A stretch of 64,000 nucleotides of DNA from Candidatus Xenobia bacterium (GCA_045863235.1 BTUM01000002.1:96001-160000), one strand, 5' to 3'. Shown: positions 34,887-45,267, counted from the first letter of the stretch. Notes: generated from the sequence alone by a model not told the origin. Numbers and translations: made by a program.

Positions 34887-36026
34887 CTATTTCTCTTTCT
34901 TATCCTTCTTGTCCTCGGGCGGCGGCTCGGGAGGCTTGGGCTTGGTGGGGGCCCAGATAAAGATGCTCTTGGGACCACGCAGCAAGTTGTTGGGATTCCG
35001 GCCGGGCTGGTACTCCAGCCAGCCGGCCCCGGTGGGGTCGTCGATGCGCACGATCCGGTCGTTGCCAGAATCGGCGATGTAGATGCGACCCTGGCTGTCG
35101 AGGGCCATCCCCTCGGGACGCATGAAGCGGCCCAGTCCGGAGCCGTAACTGCCGATCTCGCGGGTCGCACGACCGGCCGCGTTGTCGGTGGCGGTCAGCC
35201 GGTTGGAGCTGGAATCGATGGACAGGATGCGGTTCTTGCGCAGCACCGCCTGGCGCGGCTGATAACCGGTCGGACGCAGCCCCACTCCCTGGTAGGCCTC
35301 CCACTCCTTGGGCTTCTGGTCGGTGCCGGGCGCAATCATCACTACCGAGCCGCCCGGCGGGTACTCGCCGCAGCACACGAACAACCGGCCGGTATCATCG
35401 AACCAGAGCTTTCCCGGTTGCTTCAGCATGGGGTCTGTGATGGTGCGAATCGGGTCACCCTGCCCGTCCTTGTAAACCACCAGCCGGTTGGCCCCGGTCT
35501 CGGAGACGAAGACCTCATCGCCCCAGACGGCGACGCCTTCAGGCTTATTCAAGTCCTTGAGCTCGGTCCATACGGGCAAACCCTCTTCGGGCTTGAGATC
35601 GAGCTTGACGATCCGATCGTTGCCCCGGTCGGCCACGTAGAGATAGCGATCTTGATCCACCCACACCTGGCCCGGATCGAGGAACTTGCCCGGGCCCCGC
35701 CCGGCTCCCCCCAGTCCCTTCAGATTGGTGCCCTTGAGGTCGTCCATGATGACGATGCGACCGTTCTCGCTGTCGGAGACGTAGATCTTGAAAGGCGAGG
35801 CGCTGGGGCTGGGCGACGGGGTCGGAGTCGAGACTGGCTCAAGAGAGGGTGAGGGCGACGGGCTGGTGTCGCCGGGGCTGGGGCTCAGGCTCGGACTGGG
35901 GCTGGTGTCGCCGGGGCTGGGGCTGGGGCTCGCCTCGCTGGAGGGCTCCTGAGCGGTCAGCGAGAGGCTCAAGAAGAACAGCGTGATGAGCAGAGTGAAG
36001 GTAAGGGAAAGGGCTCTATGTCTCAT
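34887..36026 (-). CDS. Secreted NHL-repeat (beta-propeller) protein with Ser/Pro linker
   Basis: [44 protein letters not shown]. Confidence 0.85.
   Translation of the reverse strand: MRHRALSLTFTLLITLFFLSLSLTAQEPSSEASPSPSPGDTSPSPSLSPSPGDTSPSPSPSLEPVSTPTPSPSPSASPFKIYVSDSENGRIVIMDDLKGTNLKGLGGAGRGPGKFLDPGQVWVDQDRYLYVADRGNDRIVKLDLKPEEGLPVWTELKDLNKPEGVAVWGDEVFVSETGANRLVVYKDGQGDPIRTITDPMLKQPGKLWFDDTGRLFVCCGEYPPGGSVVMIAPGTDQKPKEWEAYQGVGLRPTGYQPRQAVLRKNRILSIDSSSNRLTATDNAAGRATREIGSYGSGLGRFMRPEGMALDSQGRIYIADSGNDRIVRIDDPTGAGWLEYQPGRNPNNLLRGPKSIFIWAPTKPKPPEPPPEDKKDKKEK
35860..35930 (-). repeat. Intragenic tandem repeat encoding [10 protein letters not shown] x2
   Basis: GGGCTGGTGTCGCCGGGGCTGGGGCT occurs twice, 39 bp apart. 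Confidence 0.7.
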
Positions 36027-36078
36027 GAGGTCTGAGGGGAAGGTCTTCTTGTCCACCCCCTGGAACCCTGCCCTGGTC

Positions 36079-37080
36079 ATGGAAGTTTTGCATCGCCTTC
36101 AAGAACGAGCCCGAGCAAACCCGCGATTTATCTTGCTTCCCGAGGGAGAGGATGAACGTGTGCTGCAGGCGGCACGCTGGATCACCGAGCGGGGCCTGGC
36201 CCGGGTGGGCGTGTTGGGTCGTCCGGAGGCGCTGGCGCAGCGGGCCTCCCGGGCCGGAATCGAGTTGACCGGGGTGGAGCTGGTCGACCCCAAAGGCCAT
36301 CCCGATCGGGCCCGCTACGTGAGGGAATACTTTCAATCTCGCCGCCACCGCGGCCTGACCGAGATGGAGGCCGAGAAGGCCCTGGAGGACCCGCTCTACT
36401 TCGCTAACATGATGGTACGCCTGGGCGAGGCTGACGGCACCGTGGCCGGGGCGACCAACACCACCGCCCACACCGTGCGGTCCGCCCTCCTCTGCCTGGG
36501 TCTCAAGGCAGGAATCAAGACCGTCTCGAGCTTCTTCTTGATGGTGCTCAAAGATGGCACTCCCCTGCTCTTCGCCGACTGCGGGGTGGTGGTCAACCCC
36601 ACCGCTCCCCAACTGGCCGAGATCGCCTCCTGCACGGCCGACACCTGTCGCGCCTTCCTGGAGGTGGAGCCTAAAGTCGCCATGCTGAGCTTCTCCACCA
36701 AAGGGAGCGCCAAGGATCCACTGGTGGACAAGGTGGTGGAGGCCGTCCGCACGCTGCAGGCCCGCCGGCCCGAGCTGGCCGTGGATGGTGAGCTGCAACT
36801 GGATGCGGCCCTGGTGCCCGCTGTGGGGGCCAGCAAGGCCCCCGGCTCACCCGTCGCAGGCCAGGCCAACGTGCTCATCTTCCCCGACCTGCAATCGGGC
36901 AACATCGGCTACAAGCTGGTGGAGCGCCTGGCCGGGGCCACCGCCATCGGGCCCATCCTGCAGGGGCTGGAGCAGCCCTCCAACGACCTGTCGCGAGGCT
37001 GCAAGGCAGAGGACATCGTGCAGGCCACCGTGATCACGGCGGTGCAGGCTCAGCAGCGAAGCTCGACTTCGGTCCCGTAA
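36079..37080 (+). CDS. pta: Phosphate acetyltransferase
   Basis: [53 protein letters not shown]. Confidence 0.95.
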   Translation: MEVLHRLQERARANPRFILLPEGEDERVLQAARWITERGLARVGVLGRPEALAQRASRAGIELTGVELVDPKGHPDRARYVREYFQSRRHRGLTEMEAEKALEDPLYFANMMVRLGEADGTVAGATNTTAHTVRSALLCLGLKAGIKTVSSFFLMVLKDGTPLLFADCGVVVNPTAPQLAEIASCTADTCRAFLEVEPKVAMLSFSTKGSAKDPLVDKVVEAVRTLQARRPELAVDGELQLDAALVPAVGASKAPGSPVAGQANVLIFPDLQSGNIGYKLVERLAGATAIGPILQGLEQPSNDLSRGCKAEDIVQATVITAVQAQQRSSTSVP

Positions 37081-37112
37081 CGACCTGACAGGACCCCGAG
37101 GCCAGGCATGCC

Positions 37113-37652
37113 TTACTGGTGTTCTTTGTCGCCCTCGTCGGAAATTTTTCCGATGTCGTCAAAGCGAATGGCTTTGAACCCCTGGCCGTCCCAGAAGAGC
37201 ACCGCTTCGGCCTCCTGAAAGCTGAAGGCCCAGCATTGCTCCGGGTCGACCCCGGCCTTCTGAGCAAAATGGTCAGCCCGATCAGCGAAGATCTCGCGAG
37301 CCGTCCCGAAACTGCCCAGCTTGCCCAGCTTCTCCACCCCGCTGACCGAGATTTCCCCCCGCTCGAACGAATTCTGCAACTCGGGCCCGAGCTCTTCGGG
37401 AGGCATTCCTTTGGGGATCATCACGAGCGCACTGGCTTCCTCGACCTTGCCGGCCTCGATGGCCTGTGCCAGAGCCATCAGGACGCTCAAGGCTGCCTCC
37501 TTGCTCGGCGCCGAAGTGCTCGCCGAGGGACTGGCTGTGGCGCTGACCGTAGCCGTGGGTGTTGGGCTGGTGCTCGTCGGGGCTGGAGTCGAGCAACCTG
37601 CGGCCAGGCCGAGCAGCCCGGCAAGGAGCAGAGACAAGAGATTCTTCGACAT
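37113..37652 (-). CDS. Lipoprotein, hypothetical
   Basis: MSKNLLSLLLAGLLGLAAGC lipobox, then a Ser/Thr/Pro linker. Confidence 0.7.
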   Translation of the reverse strand: MSKNLLSLLLAGLLGLAAGCSTPAPTSTSPTPTATVSATASPSASTSAPSKEAALSVLMALAQAIEAGKVEEASALVMIPKGMPPEELGPELQNSFERGEISVSGVEKLGKLGSFGTAREIFADRADHFAQKAGVDPEQCWAFSFQEAEAVLFWDGQGFKAIRFDDIGKISDEGDKEHQ

Positions 37653-37769
37653 CCCCAGTCCTTCGACCCGAAAAAGGTTACAGTCCTGTTTCCAACTTTT
37701 TTCAGTCGGCCACGGCATACTTGCCTGGAACAGATCGATCCATTTGTCTGGAAGGAAGGACGAGAGACG

Positions 37770-39254
37770 ATGACCGTGCAGACCCTGACCGCGGCCACCC
37801 AATCCTTTGTAGCTCGACCCCAGAGCGCATGCGGCTCGTGCGCATCCCACGGGGACCAGGTCGAGATCGGTGGCCAGCGGCCGGCTCAGAACCTGAAGCA
37901 GCAACTGCTGACTGCGGTTCAAGGCGAGCCCCACCTGGCCACCACCACGCTGACCGCCGACCAGGTGGCCAACCCGGAAGCCCTGGCCGCCACCACCAAA
38001 GTCCTGATCGAGCAGATGGACCGCTATCCCACCTTCAAAGCTGTGGTGGGAGTCATGCCAGCCGAGGGCGACCAGACGAAGACTGTGGTCATCAGCCGCC
38101 CGAACGCGGTCAACGCAGCCAGCCTGGAGGGAGCTTTCGAGGTCAACCAGCGCTTCGGCTCGAGCGATCTCATCAAGGAGATGGCCGGCAAGTATCCTGT
38201 CAGCTATGAGAAGGTCCAGCAGGTCGACTCTCAGGGCCGCGCCCACGTGCTGCGCCTGCCCGGCGCCCTGGACGAAGCCGACGTAGCCCAGGCGTTGGAT
38301 GAGGGCCGCACTCACAATCAGTACGAGCAACTCGAGGCGCTGGTGAAGGGACTGCCCCAGGGCGAGCGGGTGGTGATCCTGGTGGGCGGACCCTCGGCGG
38401 CCGGCAAGTCCACTCTGATCCGCGAGATTCAGAAATTCGCGGGCGACCGCCCGGTGACGACCGTGATGGGCGACATGTATTTCAAAGACGTCGATCAGCC
38501 CGGCTATCCGCAGGCTGCAGACGGCTCCTACTACTGGGATCACGCCGACTTTATGGACATGCAGAAGCTCAAGGAAGACCTGAGCACCCTGGTGCAGACC
38601 GGAGCGGCCGACCTGCCCGTCTACAACTTCCAGGACATCCGCCCCGGCGGCTGGCGCATGGAAGGCGTGAAAGTGACGGGCTTTCGTGAGGAGAAGCCCA
38701 ACCACGTGGAGGTGGGCTCGGACAGCATCATCGTGCTGGACAGCATCCACGCCACCAACCCGGCCGTGGTGGAGCACTTCGAGAAGCTGGGCCTGCCCTA
38801 CAAGGCAGTCTACCTCGACAGCCCCAGCGCCGACGACCGCCTGCTGCGCCGCCTGGTGCGCGACTACGAGGAGCGGGGCGGCCGCACCCCGGCTGAAACC
38901 TTTAAGATCTGGGATCTGACCACGTTCCGGGGCGAGACCGAGTTCATCCGGCCCACCATTTTGGATCTCGACCCTGCCCGCGACGTGTTCCTGGTCGCCA
39001 AGTTCCCCAAGGACCTGGGTCTGGGTCGCGAAGAACTGGAAGCCCGCGCCGATGCGATGGCGAAGTACGGAGTGCAACCGAGCTATCCGGCCTTCTCCAC
39101 CAAACCCGAAGCCATGGGTGCCTTTGCCAAAGCTGAGGAATCCCGCTACCAGACCATTGTGAACGATCCGGCCGCCAAGGCCGAAGACAAGGCCCACGCC
39201 GAGAAGGGCCTGAAGCTTCTGCGCGAGGCTCCTGGCTACCAGAAGAAGAAGTGA
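37770..39254 (+). CDS. Uridine kinase-like P-loop nucleoside kinase with N-terminal extension
   Basis: GGPSAAGKST, DMYF, LPVYNF, RLLRRLVRD..ERG. ATG follows GAAGGA. Confidence 0.75.
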   Translation: MTVQTLTAATQSFVARPQSACGSCASHGDQVEIGGQRPAQNLKQQLLTAVQGEPHLATTTLTADQVANPEALAATTKVLIEQMDRYPTFKAVVGVMPAEGDQTKTVVISRPNAVNAASLEGAFEVNQRFGSSDLIKEMAGKYPVSYEKVQQVDSQGRAHVLRLPGALDEADVAQALDEGRTHNQYEQLEALVKGLPQGERVVILVGGPSAAGKSTLIREIQKFAGDRPVTTVMGDMYFKDVDQPGYPQAADGSYYWDHADFMDMQKLKEDLSTLVQTGAADLPVYNFQDIRPGGWRMEGVKVTGFREEKPNHVEVGSDSIIVLDSIHATNPAVVEHFEKLGLPYKAVYLDSPSADDRLLRRLVRDYEERGGRTPAETFKIWDLTTFRGETEFIRPTILDLDPARDVFLVAKFPKDLGLGREELEARADAMAKYGVQPSYPAFSTKPEAMGAFAKAEESRYQTIVNDPAAKAEDKAHAEKGLKLLREAPGYQKKK

Positions 39255-39292
39255 GAGTAATCGGAGGCTCCCGTTGGGAGCCTGCTCATGAC

Positions 39293-39324
39293 AAAGGCCC
39301 CCGTCATCTGGCGGGGGCCTTTTT
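39293..39324. terminator. Bidirectional terminator between the kinase and tRNA-Asn
   Basis: AAAGGCCCCCGTCA-tc-TGGCGGGGGCCTTTTT. A second hairpin AGGCTCCC-gtt-GGGAGCCT lies at 39265-39283. Confidence 0.8.
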
Positions 39325-39327
39325 CGA

Positions 39328-39402
39328 TGGCTCCGGAGGTAGGGTTCGAACCTACGGCCAACCGGTTAACAGCCGGTTGCTCTACCACTGAGCTACTCCG
39401 GA
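39328..39402 (-). tRNA. tRNA-Asn (GTT)
   Basis: TCCGGAGTAGCTCAGTGGTAGAGC...CTGTTAA...GGTTCGAACC...TCCGGAGCCA forms a cloverleaf with encoded CCA. Confidence 0.97.
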
Positions 39403-39411
39403 ATGTCCCGC

Positions 39412-39440
39412 ATTATAGCATGGCTCTCGGGGCTGATCAA
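39412..39440 (-). promoter_or_regulatory. Sigma70 promoter of tRNA-Asn
   Basis: TTGATC-17 bp-TATAAT (extended TGC-TATAAT) on the minus strand. Confidence 0.75.
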
Positions 39441-39505
39441 GGTTTTTCAGCCCATGCCCTGGCAATGCGGATCCGCCCTCTTGCGCCGTTAGGGTCACGA
39501 GGAGT

Positions 39506-40282
39506 ATGGTTCCCGATCGGCGAACCGAGGTCGCCGTGGTGGGGGCGCGCGCATTTACCCTGATCGAGCTAATGATCTGCATCGCCATTCTGGCGATCTT
39601 CTCGGCCATCCCCCTGGCCGCCCGAGACGGTCTTCGGGCGGTCAATCGTGAGGCTGACTTCGGATCCGCGCTGCGCAATGCCCGAGGGCATCTCGCTGAG
39701 CTGCGCTCGGCCCCCTATGACGGCCTGCCCCCCCGCCGCCTGCGTGTGCCCGCATCCGCAAAAGTCCAGCTCACCTCTGATCTGGTTGTGGGCTCGGTGC
39801 AAGCCTTCGACCTCGAAGGCCGACCCCTCGCCGCTCCGGTCAGCGTGGACGCCATCAGCGGGTTGGTGCAGCTCGAGAGCGGTCTGGCCGGCCGCGAACT
39901 GGTCTTGCAGTTCGCCTATTATGCTCCCGACAGGGGCGAGGCCCACACCGTGCCCCCCACCGCGCCCTACCGAATTCGCCTCGAAAACCAGCCGGTCCAG
40001 CGCATTCAGCAGGTCCGTCTGGCTCAGGGAGACCGGCTCACGCTGATCACCTCCCGCTTGCTGAGCGACGGGCTCCTGGAGCTGCCGGCCAGCGCCGCAG
40101 GCAAAGTGGTGGAGGTCAGCTACCGGGGAGGGCGGATCGCCAACCAGATCAGCGGCCGCTTCCTCGACCAGCGACTGCGTCCGTCGACCCGGCCCGGCCG
40201 TTACAAACTGCTGGAAATCAAGGAGAACTACGGCGAGACAGCCCAGGTCATGCGGCTCACTTTACTGCGAGGAGAGCCGTGA
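39506..40282 (+). CDS. Type IV pilin/pseudopilin-like protein
   Basis: RA|FTLIELMICIAILAI class III signal peptide. Confidence 0.8.
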   Translation: MVPDRRTEVAVVGARAFTLIELMICIAILAIFSAIPLAARDGLRAVNREADFGSALRNARGHLAELRSAPYDGLPPRRLRVPASAKVQLTSDLVVGSVQAFDLEGRPLAAPVSVDAISGLVQLESGLAGRELVLQFAYYAPDRGEAHTVPPTAPYRIRLENQPVQRIQQVRLAQGDRLTLITSRLLSDGLLELPASAAGKVVEVSYRGGRIANQISGRFLDQRLRPSTRPGRYKLLEIKENYGETAQVMRLTLLRGEP

Positions 40283-40734
40283 TGAAGCGCCGGGCCTTCA
40301 CGCTGATCGAAGTCACAATGGTGCTGGCCGTCATCACGATCGTGTCCGGGCCGTTCTTCATGCTCTTCTTGTCGGAATATCGCCAGTTCGCCCGATTCTC
40401 GCGCAAAGCTGATCTGACCAACGAGGCTGCCCGGGCGGCCTACTCGGTGTTTGGACTGGCCTCCCGAATGCCCGATTTCAAGCTCGACCCGGACAACCAC
40501 GGGTTGCGCTTTGCCGATGGCTCGCATGTGGTCTATCGCGGTGGTCGCCTCGAACTCGAGCGAGCGGGAGGGCGACGCCCGCTGACTCGAAGCCGGGTGG
40601 TAGACTTCACAGCCATACGCCACGGCGACCGCCTGACCCTGAACCTGGCTCTGGAATGTCCACCCGACCAGCCCGGAATGCCGCTCCTGGTGGTGCGCTC
40701 GATCTTCGAACAGCCTGAGAGGCAAAGACCATGA
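40279..40734 (+). CDS. Minor pilin/pseudopilin (GspJ/PilW-like)
   Basis: KRRA|FTLIEVTMVLAVI; overlapping start/stop with both neighbours. Confidence 0.8.
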   Translation: MMKRRAFTLIEVTMVLAVITIVSGPFFMLFLSEYRQFARFSRKADLTNEAARAAYSVFGLASRMPDFKLDPDNHGLRFADGSHVVYRGGRLELERAGGRRPLTRSRVVDFTAIRHGDRLTLNLALECPPDQPGMPLLVVRSIFEQPERQRP

Positions 40735-41039
40735 GGCGAGGTCTGACCCTGATTGCGGTGGTGTGGTTCCTGGCCATGGCGACTGTCTTTTTCATGGGGA
40801 GCCGGGCTCTCGTGGACCAGTTCCGATATCGGCAGGCCAGCCAGAAGTATCGCTTGCAGGCCAGGGCCATGGCCGAATCAGGCCTGGAGTTCGCTCGACT
40901 GGAGCTGCGAGCAGGTCGCTGGCAGGGCCAGCGATTCCGGTCACCCAACCTGGAAGGCGGTTGGTTCGAGATCTGGCGGGAGGGCGATCAGATCCGGGTC
41001 AAGGGCTGCTCGGGGCGGGCCGTGGTGGAACTGCCATGA
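40731..41039 (+). CDS. PilX/GspK-like minor pilin
   Basis: RRG|LTLIAV (no Glu5) and QARAMAESGLE motif. Confidence 0.7.
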   Translation: MRRGLTLIAVVWFLAMATVFFMGSRALVDQFRYRQASQKYRLQARAMAESGLEFARLELRAGRWQGQRFRSPNLEGGWFEIWREGDQIRVKGCSGRAVVELP

Positions 41040-42235
41040 TCGGCTCGGCTCCTCCGACCCGAGTGGTGGCGCCGCCCCTGGAGCGGGTCTCCTACTGGAT
41101 GGTGGCCATGGGAATTCTGGGCACGGTGCTGGGGGGGTTGACCGGCTCGGTCCTGAGCGCCGGGATCGGCTTCAAGCTCTGCCTGGTTGGGCTCTTTCTC
41201 ATGCCTCTGTACAACTGGTTGCGCGGGCGCAACGAGCGCGATGATCGGGCGGTCATCGCAGCCCAGTTGAGCGCCCTGCTCGAGCTCAAGATTCCCCTCG
41301 ATCAGGCGCTGCGCGTCCTCAGCGCCGATGGAGGCCGCTCCATAACCACCTCGCTCTCGAGGCCCTATGCTGCTCTGTGCATCGTGGCCGACGAGGTAGC
41401 CTGCGGAGCCCCCCTGGGACGGGCCATCGAGACCACTGATGCCTTCGGCCCCCTCTGGCCCGCTCTGCTGACGCCCAACGACGAGAATCTGGCCGCCACC
41501 TTGCGGAGAATCAGCCGAGCCGAGAGCGACTCCCTGGAGTTGCCGGCCAGCCTGGCAGTGCGCTATTTCCTACAGTTTCCCTTAATTCTGGGGGTGGTCT
41601 TTTTCCTGCGCAGCTACATCCTGCCCACCTTCCTGCAGATCTTCGAGGGGATGGACTGGCGACTTCCACTGGCAACCGTGGCGATAATCTCGCTCAAGAG
41701 CTGGATTGAAGTTCCCCTTGGGCTCCTCTCGATGCTCATCTTCGGCAGCCTGATTCGCCCCGTCCGAGCCTGGATGTGGCGATTGCTGACGCGCTTGCCA
41801 GGGGTCTGGGCCATTACGAAGCTCAGCGAGCAAGCTCGTTTCTGTCAGGCGGCCGCGGCCGCAAGCTTACTGGGCTTGTCAAGCGACCGGGTCCTGGCCT
41901 GCGCCTGCGCTGCCACCCGTCACCCGGTCTACCGCCAGATCCGCTTCGGCCCCTCGGACTCTCTGGCCTCCGCCCTGCGCGCTCGCCCGGACCTTTTCGA
42001 GACCCGGCTGGTCTGGTTGGTCGAGCAGGGCGAGCGCCACCAGAACGTCCCGGAAGCGTTCGAGCTGGCGGCCAGCTTCATGCAAGACGAATTCGACGCC
42101 GGCCAGCGTCGCCTGGTGCACCAGCTGGACACAGCCCTGCTCTTGATGCTGGGGCTGCTCACCTGTATGGTGTCAGTGGGCCTGATGACTCCCATCATGC
42201 AGCTGAATCAGGCTCCCCTGGAGGGCCTGTGGTGA
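41036..42235 (+). CDS. GspF/PilC-family platform protein (1), with extra N-terminal TMs
   Basis: QLSALLELKIPLDQAL, ILPTFLQIFEG..LPLAT, LVEQGE. Confidence 0.75.
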   Translation: MIGSAPPTRVVAPPLERVSYWMVAMGILGTVLGGLTGSVLSAGIGFKLCLVGLFLMPLYNWLRGRNERDDRAVIAAQLSALLELKIPLDQALRVLSADGGRSITTSLSRPYAALCIVADEVACGAPLGRAIETTDAFGPLWPALLTPNDENLAATLRRISRAESDSLELPASLAVRYFLQFPLILGVVFFLRSYILPTFLQIFEGMDWRLPLATVAIISLKSWIEVPLGLLSMLIFGSLIRPVRAWMWRLLTRLPGVWAITKLSEQARFCQAAAAASLLGLSSDRVLACACAATRHPVYRQIRFGPSDSLASALRARPDLFETRLVWLVEQGERHQNVPEAFELAASFMQDEFDAGQRRLVHQLDTALLLMLGLLTCMVSVGLMTPIMQLNQAPLEGLW

Positions 42236-43185
42236 GAGGGGACCGTTTGCTCTTCGACCTGGCGGGCCTGCTCGAGATCGGCTTCAACCTGACCGATTCC
42301 CTCCAGCGCCTGCGGCAGAATGCTCCGCCCGCCCTGGCCGCCGAACTGGCAGACAGCGAGCGCCGCGGCACCCTCGAGCAGGCCAGTTGGGTCGACCCCA
42401 GCGTTCGACCTCTCCTCGGCTCCCAACCTGAGGACCTCTCAGAAGCGCTGCGATTGGCCTCCCGAATGCTCCGCGAGAAAGAGCGGCGCCAGATCGAGAT
42501 GAACCGCACTCTGAGTCAGCCCCGCCTGGTGTTGCTGGTGTTCGCGGTGACTTTCGCGGCCCTGCTCCTTCTGGTGATCCCGACCTTTGAGCGAATCTAC
42601 ATCGAGTTCTTCATGGCCCTACCTTTGCCCACGCGCTTGCTGCTCTGGTTGGCCAACAATCCTCTGGTGCCCGCGCTGGGCACGCTGGTGACCGCGGGCG
42701 GGTTGTTCGTGCTCTCCAGCCATCCTCGGGGTGACGCGGTGCGAATGCGTCTGCCCTGGATCGGAAGCCTGCTGGGCCTGCAGCAAAGTCTCCTCTGGCT
42801 GCGCTGGCTCAACGCTCTTCTGGCCCGCGGTCTGCCGCTCGGCCAGGCGGCCCGGGAGGCAACCGCAGTATGCCCTTCCCCCACCTTTCGGGGTTCCATG
42901 GCCGGAGTGGCCGACTCCATCGAGAGAGGCGGCTCTCTGGGGCCTGCCCTGCTCAAAGTGCGGCTCTTCCCCCCCCTGACGGCCTGGATGGTCCAGCAGG
43001 CCGAAGCTGCCGGCTGCAGTTTCGAGCCCATCGCCGCAGCCCTCGAGGTGCAGGGCCAGCGCTCATTCTCGCGAGGCCTCCCCCTGCTGGAGCCGTTCTT
43101 GATCGTCAGCCTGGCTGTACTTCAGTTGTGGGTCGTCGTGAGCTTGTTCCTCCCTATCTACCAGTTGATCGGCGCTCTGGGATGA
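42232..43185 (+). CDS. GspF/PilC-family platform protein (2)
   Basis: LAGLLEIG, VIPTFERIY...LPLPTR, IERGGSL, LEPFLI, LFLPIYQL. Confidence 0.8.
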   Translation: MRGDRLLFDLAGLLEIGFNLTDSLQRLRQNAPPALAAELADSERRGTLEQASWVDPSVRPLLGSQPEDLSEALRLASRMLREKERRQIEMNRTLSQPRLVLLVFAVTFAALLLLVIPTFERIYIEFFMALPLPTRLLLWLANNPLVPALGTLVTAGGLFVLSSHPRGDAVRMRLPWIGSLLGLQQSLLWLRWLNALLARGLPLGQAAREATAVCPSPTFRGSMAGVADSIERGGSLGPALLKVRLFPPLTAWMVQQAEAAGCSFEPIAAALEVQGQRSFSRGLPLLEPFLIVSLAVLQLWVVVSLFLPIYQLIGALG

Positions 43186-44054
43186 AGCCTGTCCAGCTCA
43201 TCGACCTGACACGCCACCTGGCCCTGATGGCCCGCCTGGGCTATCCCCTGGCCGAGGGGCTGGCGATGGCCACCGACCGCCCCGAGCTGATCGAATCGAT
43301 CCGGCGCGGCGACAGCCCCGGCCAGGCCCTGCGCCGCTGGCCGCGCATCTTTTCGCCCTTCTACCGCGAGATGGTAGAAGCGGCCGACAGCTCTCCCCGG
43401 GCGGCCGAAATCCTGAGCGACCTGAGCCGCTGGCTCGAGCGCCAGGAGTCCTTGCGACTCGCTCTGGCGGGCGCTCTGGCCTATCCCCTGCTCACCCTCA
43501 ATCTCCTGTTGCTGCAGGTCAGCCTGCTCTTCTGGCTGGCTCCCATGAACCTGGGTCTGGGGCCGTTCGCCCACTGGCTGTCCCTGGCCGCTCTAGTCGG
43601 CTTCGCGCTGACACTTCTCCCGGCGGGACTCGATTACGTGTCCGGGTTGTTGCCCGGAACCCGACGCCTGCGCCGGCTGATCGAGGAGAGCCTCTGGTGT
43701 CGCGCCCTTGGGGTCCTGCTGGGAACCGGTCTGGATTTACCCCGGGCCCTGGAGCTTTGCGGCAGCCTTGTTGCGCGGCACGCCTCTCTGGCCGAGAAGG
43801 TGCGCTCGGGAAGCTCCCTGGCCACCGCCCTCCAGCCGGCCAACCCTACAGTGATCTGGGCTGCCGAGGCTGCCGAGCGAACGGAGGAGCCTGCCGCAGC
43901 CTTGCTCTTTGCGGCTGACCAGCTCGAGCAACAAGCCGATGACCTGCGCGAGCGGATCATTCGTTCGGCCGAGCCCCTGGCGACTCTGGCAGTGGGAGTC
44001 CTGGTAGCGCTGGTCCTGACCTCGTTCTGGAGTGCCTTCTACGGCTCCGTCTGA
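43182..44054 (+). CDS. GspF/PilC-family platform protein (3)
   Basis: HLALMARLGYPLAEGL, FSPFYREMV, ALAYP, LGVLLGTG, AEPLA. Confidence 0.75.
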   Translation: MKPVQLIDLTRHLALMARLGYPLAEGLAMATDRPELIESIRRGDSPGQALRRWPRIFSPFYREMVEAADSSPRAAEILSDLSRWLERQESLRLALAGALAYPLLTLNLLLLQVSLLFWLAPMNLGLGPFAHWLSLAALVGFALTLLPAGLDYVSGLLPGTRRLRRLIEESLWCRALGVLLGTGLDLPRALELCGSLVARHASLAEKVRSGSSLATALQPANPTVIWAAEAAERTEEPAAALLFAADQLEQQADDLRERIIRSAEPLATLAVGVLVALVLTSFWSAFYGSV

Positions 44055-44088
44055 AGGCCGGCCTGGAGCACCCGCGGAAGTGCCTGGC

Positions 44089-45267
44089 ATGTCCCAGATT
44101 CCGCACGAGCTGGCCAGACTGCTCGACCCTCCCGATGACTACGACGCGCGGCCCGTGGTGGAGTTGCTGGTGCGCCTGGCCCGCGAGGCTCAGGCCAGCG
44201 ACCTGCACCTTCGCCCCACCCTGGGCGAGGTGGAGGTGCTGCTGCGCTGCGACGGCGTGCTCCAGCCCCGCTTCCGCCTCCCCGAAACCGTCTATCCGCG
44301 ACTGCTGGTGGGCCTGAAGAACATGGCCCGGCTGGCCAGCTATCGCCGCTCGGTTCCCCAGGATGGTCAGTTCCAGTTCGAAGGCCAGGACGTTCGCGTG
44401 GCCACCGCCCCCAGCCACTTCGGTGAAAAGGTGGTGCTGCGGTTGATCCAGCCGGCCACCGGCTTGCGCCGGCTGGAAGAGCTTGGATTAACCCCCACCG
44501 ACCGCCGGCGTCTCGAGACGCTGGTGCGCCAGCCCCAGGGGCTGGTGCTGGCGGTAGGTCCGGCTGGCAGCGGCAAGACCACCACCCTGTTCGCCGCCCT
44601 GGAGTGGCTCTATCGCACCCGCCAGCACCAGGGCATCCAGCTCAACGTGGTGACGCTGGAGGACCCGGTGGAGATCGTCTGGCCAGAGTTCACCCAAACG
44701 CAAATCCAGCCGGCCGCCGGCATGACCTTTGCCAGCGGGCTGCGTTCGATTCTACGCCAGGATCCCGAGGTCATCCTGGTGGGCGAGATTCGCGATGCCG
44801 AGACGGCTTCGGCCGCAGTCCAGTGCGGCCTGACAGGCCACCTTGTACTCTCCACGCTGCACGCGCGCGACAGTGTAGGGGCCATTCCCCGCCTGCTGGA
44901 GCTGGAGATTCAACCTTATCTCCTGGGGGCAGCGCTGCTGGGGGTGATCTACCAGCGCCTGCTTCGCCGTCTCTGCCCCCAATGCCACGGCGGGCGCTGC
45001 CCTGCGTGCGTCCAGACCGGATACAGGGGGCGGCTGGTGGTGAGCGAGGTGCTGGAAGTCAACGAGGAAATTCGCCAAGCCATCCTCGATCGCCAACCTC
45101 TGGAGCGGATGCGCGAGCTGGCAGTGGAGAACCAGATGGTACCGCTGGAACAGACGGCGGCGCGGCTGGTGGCCGAAGGGCTGACCGACGCTGAGGAGGT
45201 GGAGCGAGTCATTCCGGGGGCCTGTAAATGGCATGCACCCCGCGCCGACCGTTCACCAGCTGAGTGA
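44089..45267 (+). CDS. GspE/PilB-family secretion/pilus assembly ATPase
   Basis: ASDLH, PQDG, GPAGSGKTTT, TLEDPVE, LRQDPEVILVGEIRD, TGHLVLSTLH, tetracysteine motif. Confidence 0.92.
   Translation: MSQIPHELARLLDPPDDYDARPVVELLVRLAREAQASDLHLRPTLGEVEVLLRCDGVLQPRFRLPETVYPRLLVGLKNMARLASYRRSVPQDGQFQFEGQDVRVATAPSHFGEKVVLRLIQPATGLRRLEELGLTPTDRRRLETLVRQPQGLVLAVGPAGSGKTTTLFAALEWLYRTRQHQGIQLNVVTLEDPVEIVWPEFTQTQIQPAAGMTFASGLRSILRQDPEVILVGEIRDAETASAAVQCGLTGHLVLSTLHARDSVGAIPRLLELEIQPYLLGAALLGVIYQRLLRRLCPQCHGGRCPACVQTGYRGRLVVSEVLEVNEEIRQAILDRQPLERMRELAVENQMVPLEQTAARLVAEGLTDAEEVERVIPGACKWHAPRADRSPAE

Noticed and set aside
35860..35930. Tandem DNA repeat as a mobile or regulatory element
   Set aside because: Explained by the Ser/Pro linker coding sequence of the NHL protein.
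37113..39254. 694 aa and 711 aa ORFs as listed in the ORF track
   Set aside because: Both are over-extended; the real genes are the divergent lipoprotein (start 37652) and kinase (start 37770).
45209..45267. Convergent 3' overlaps (gspE-like/acetamidase; also 46921-46964)
   Set aside because: Short tail-to-tail overlaps are common in high-GC genomes; no evidence of function.
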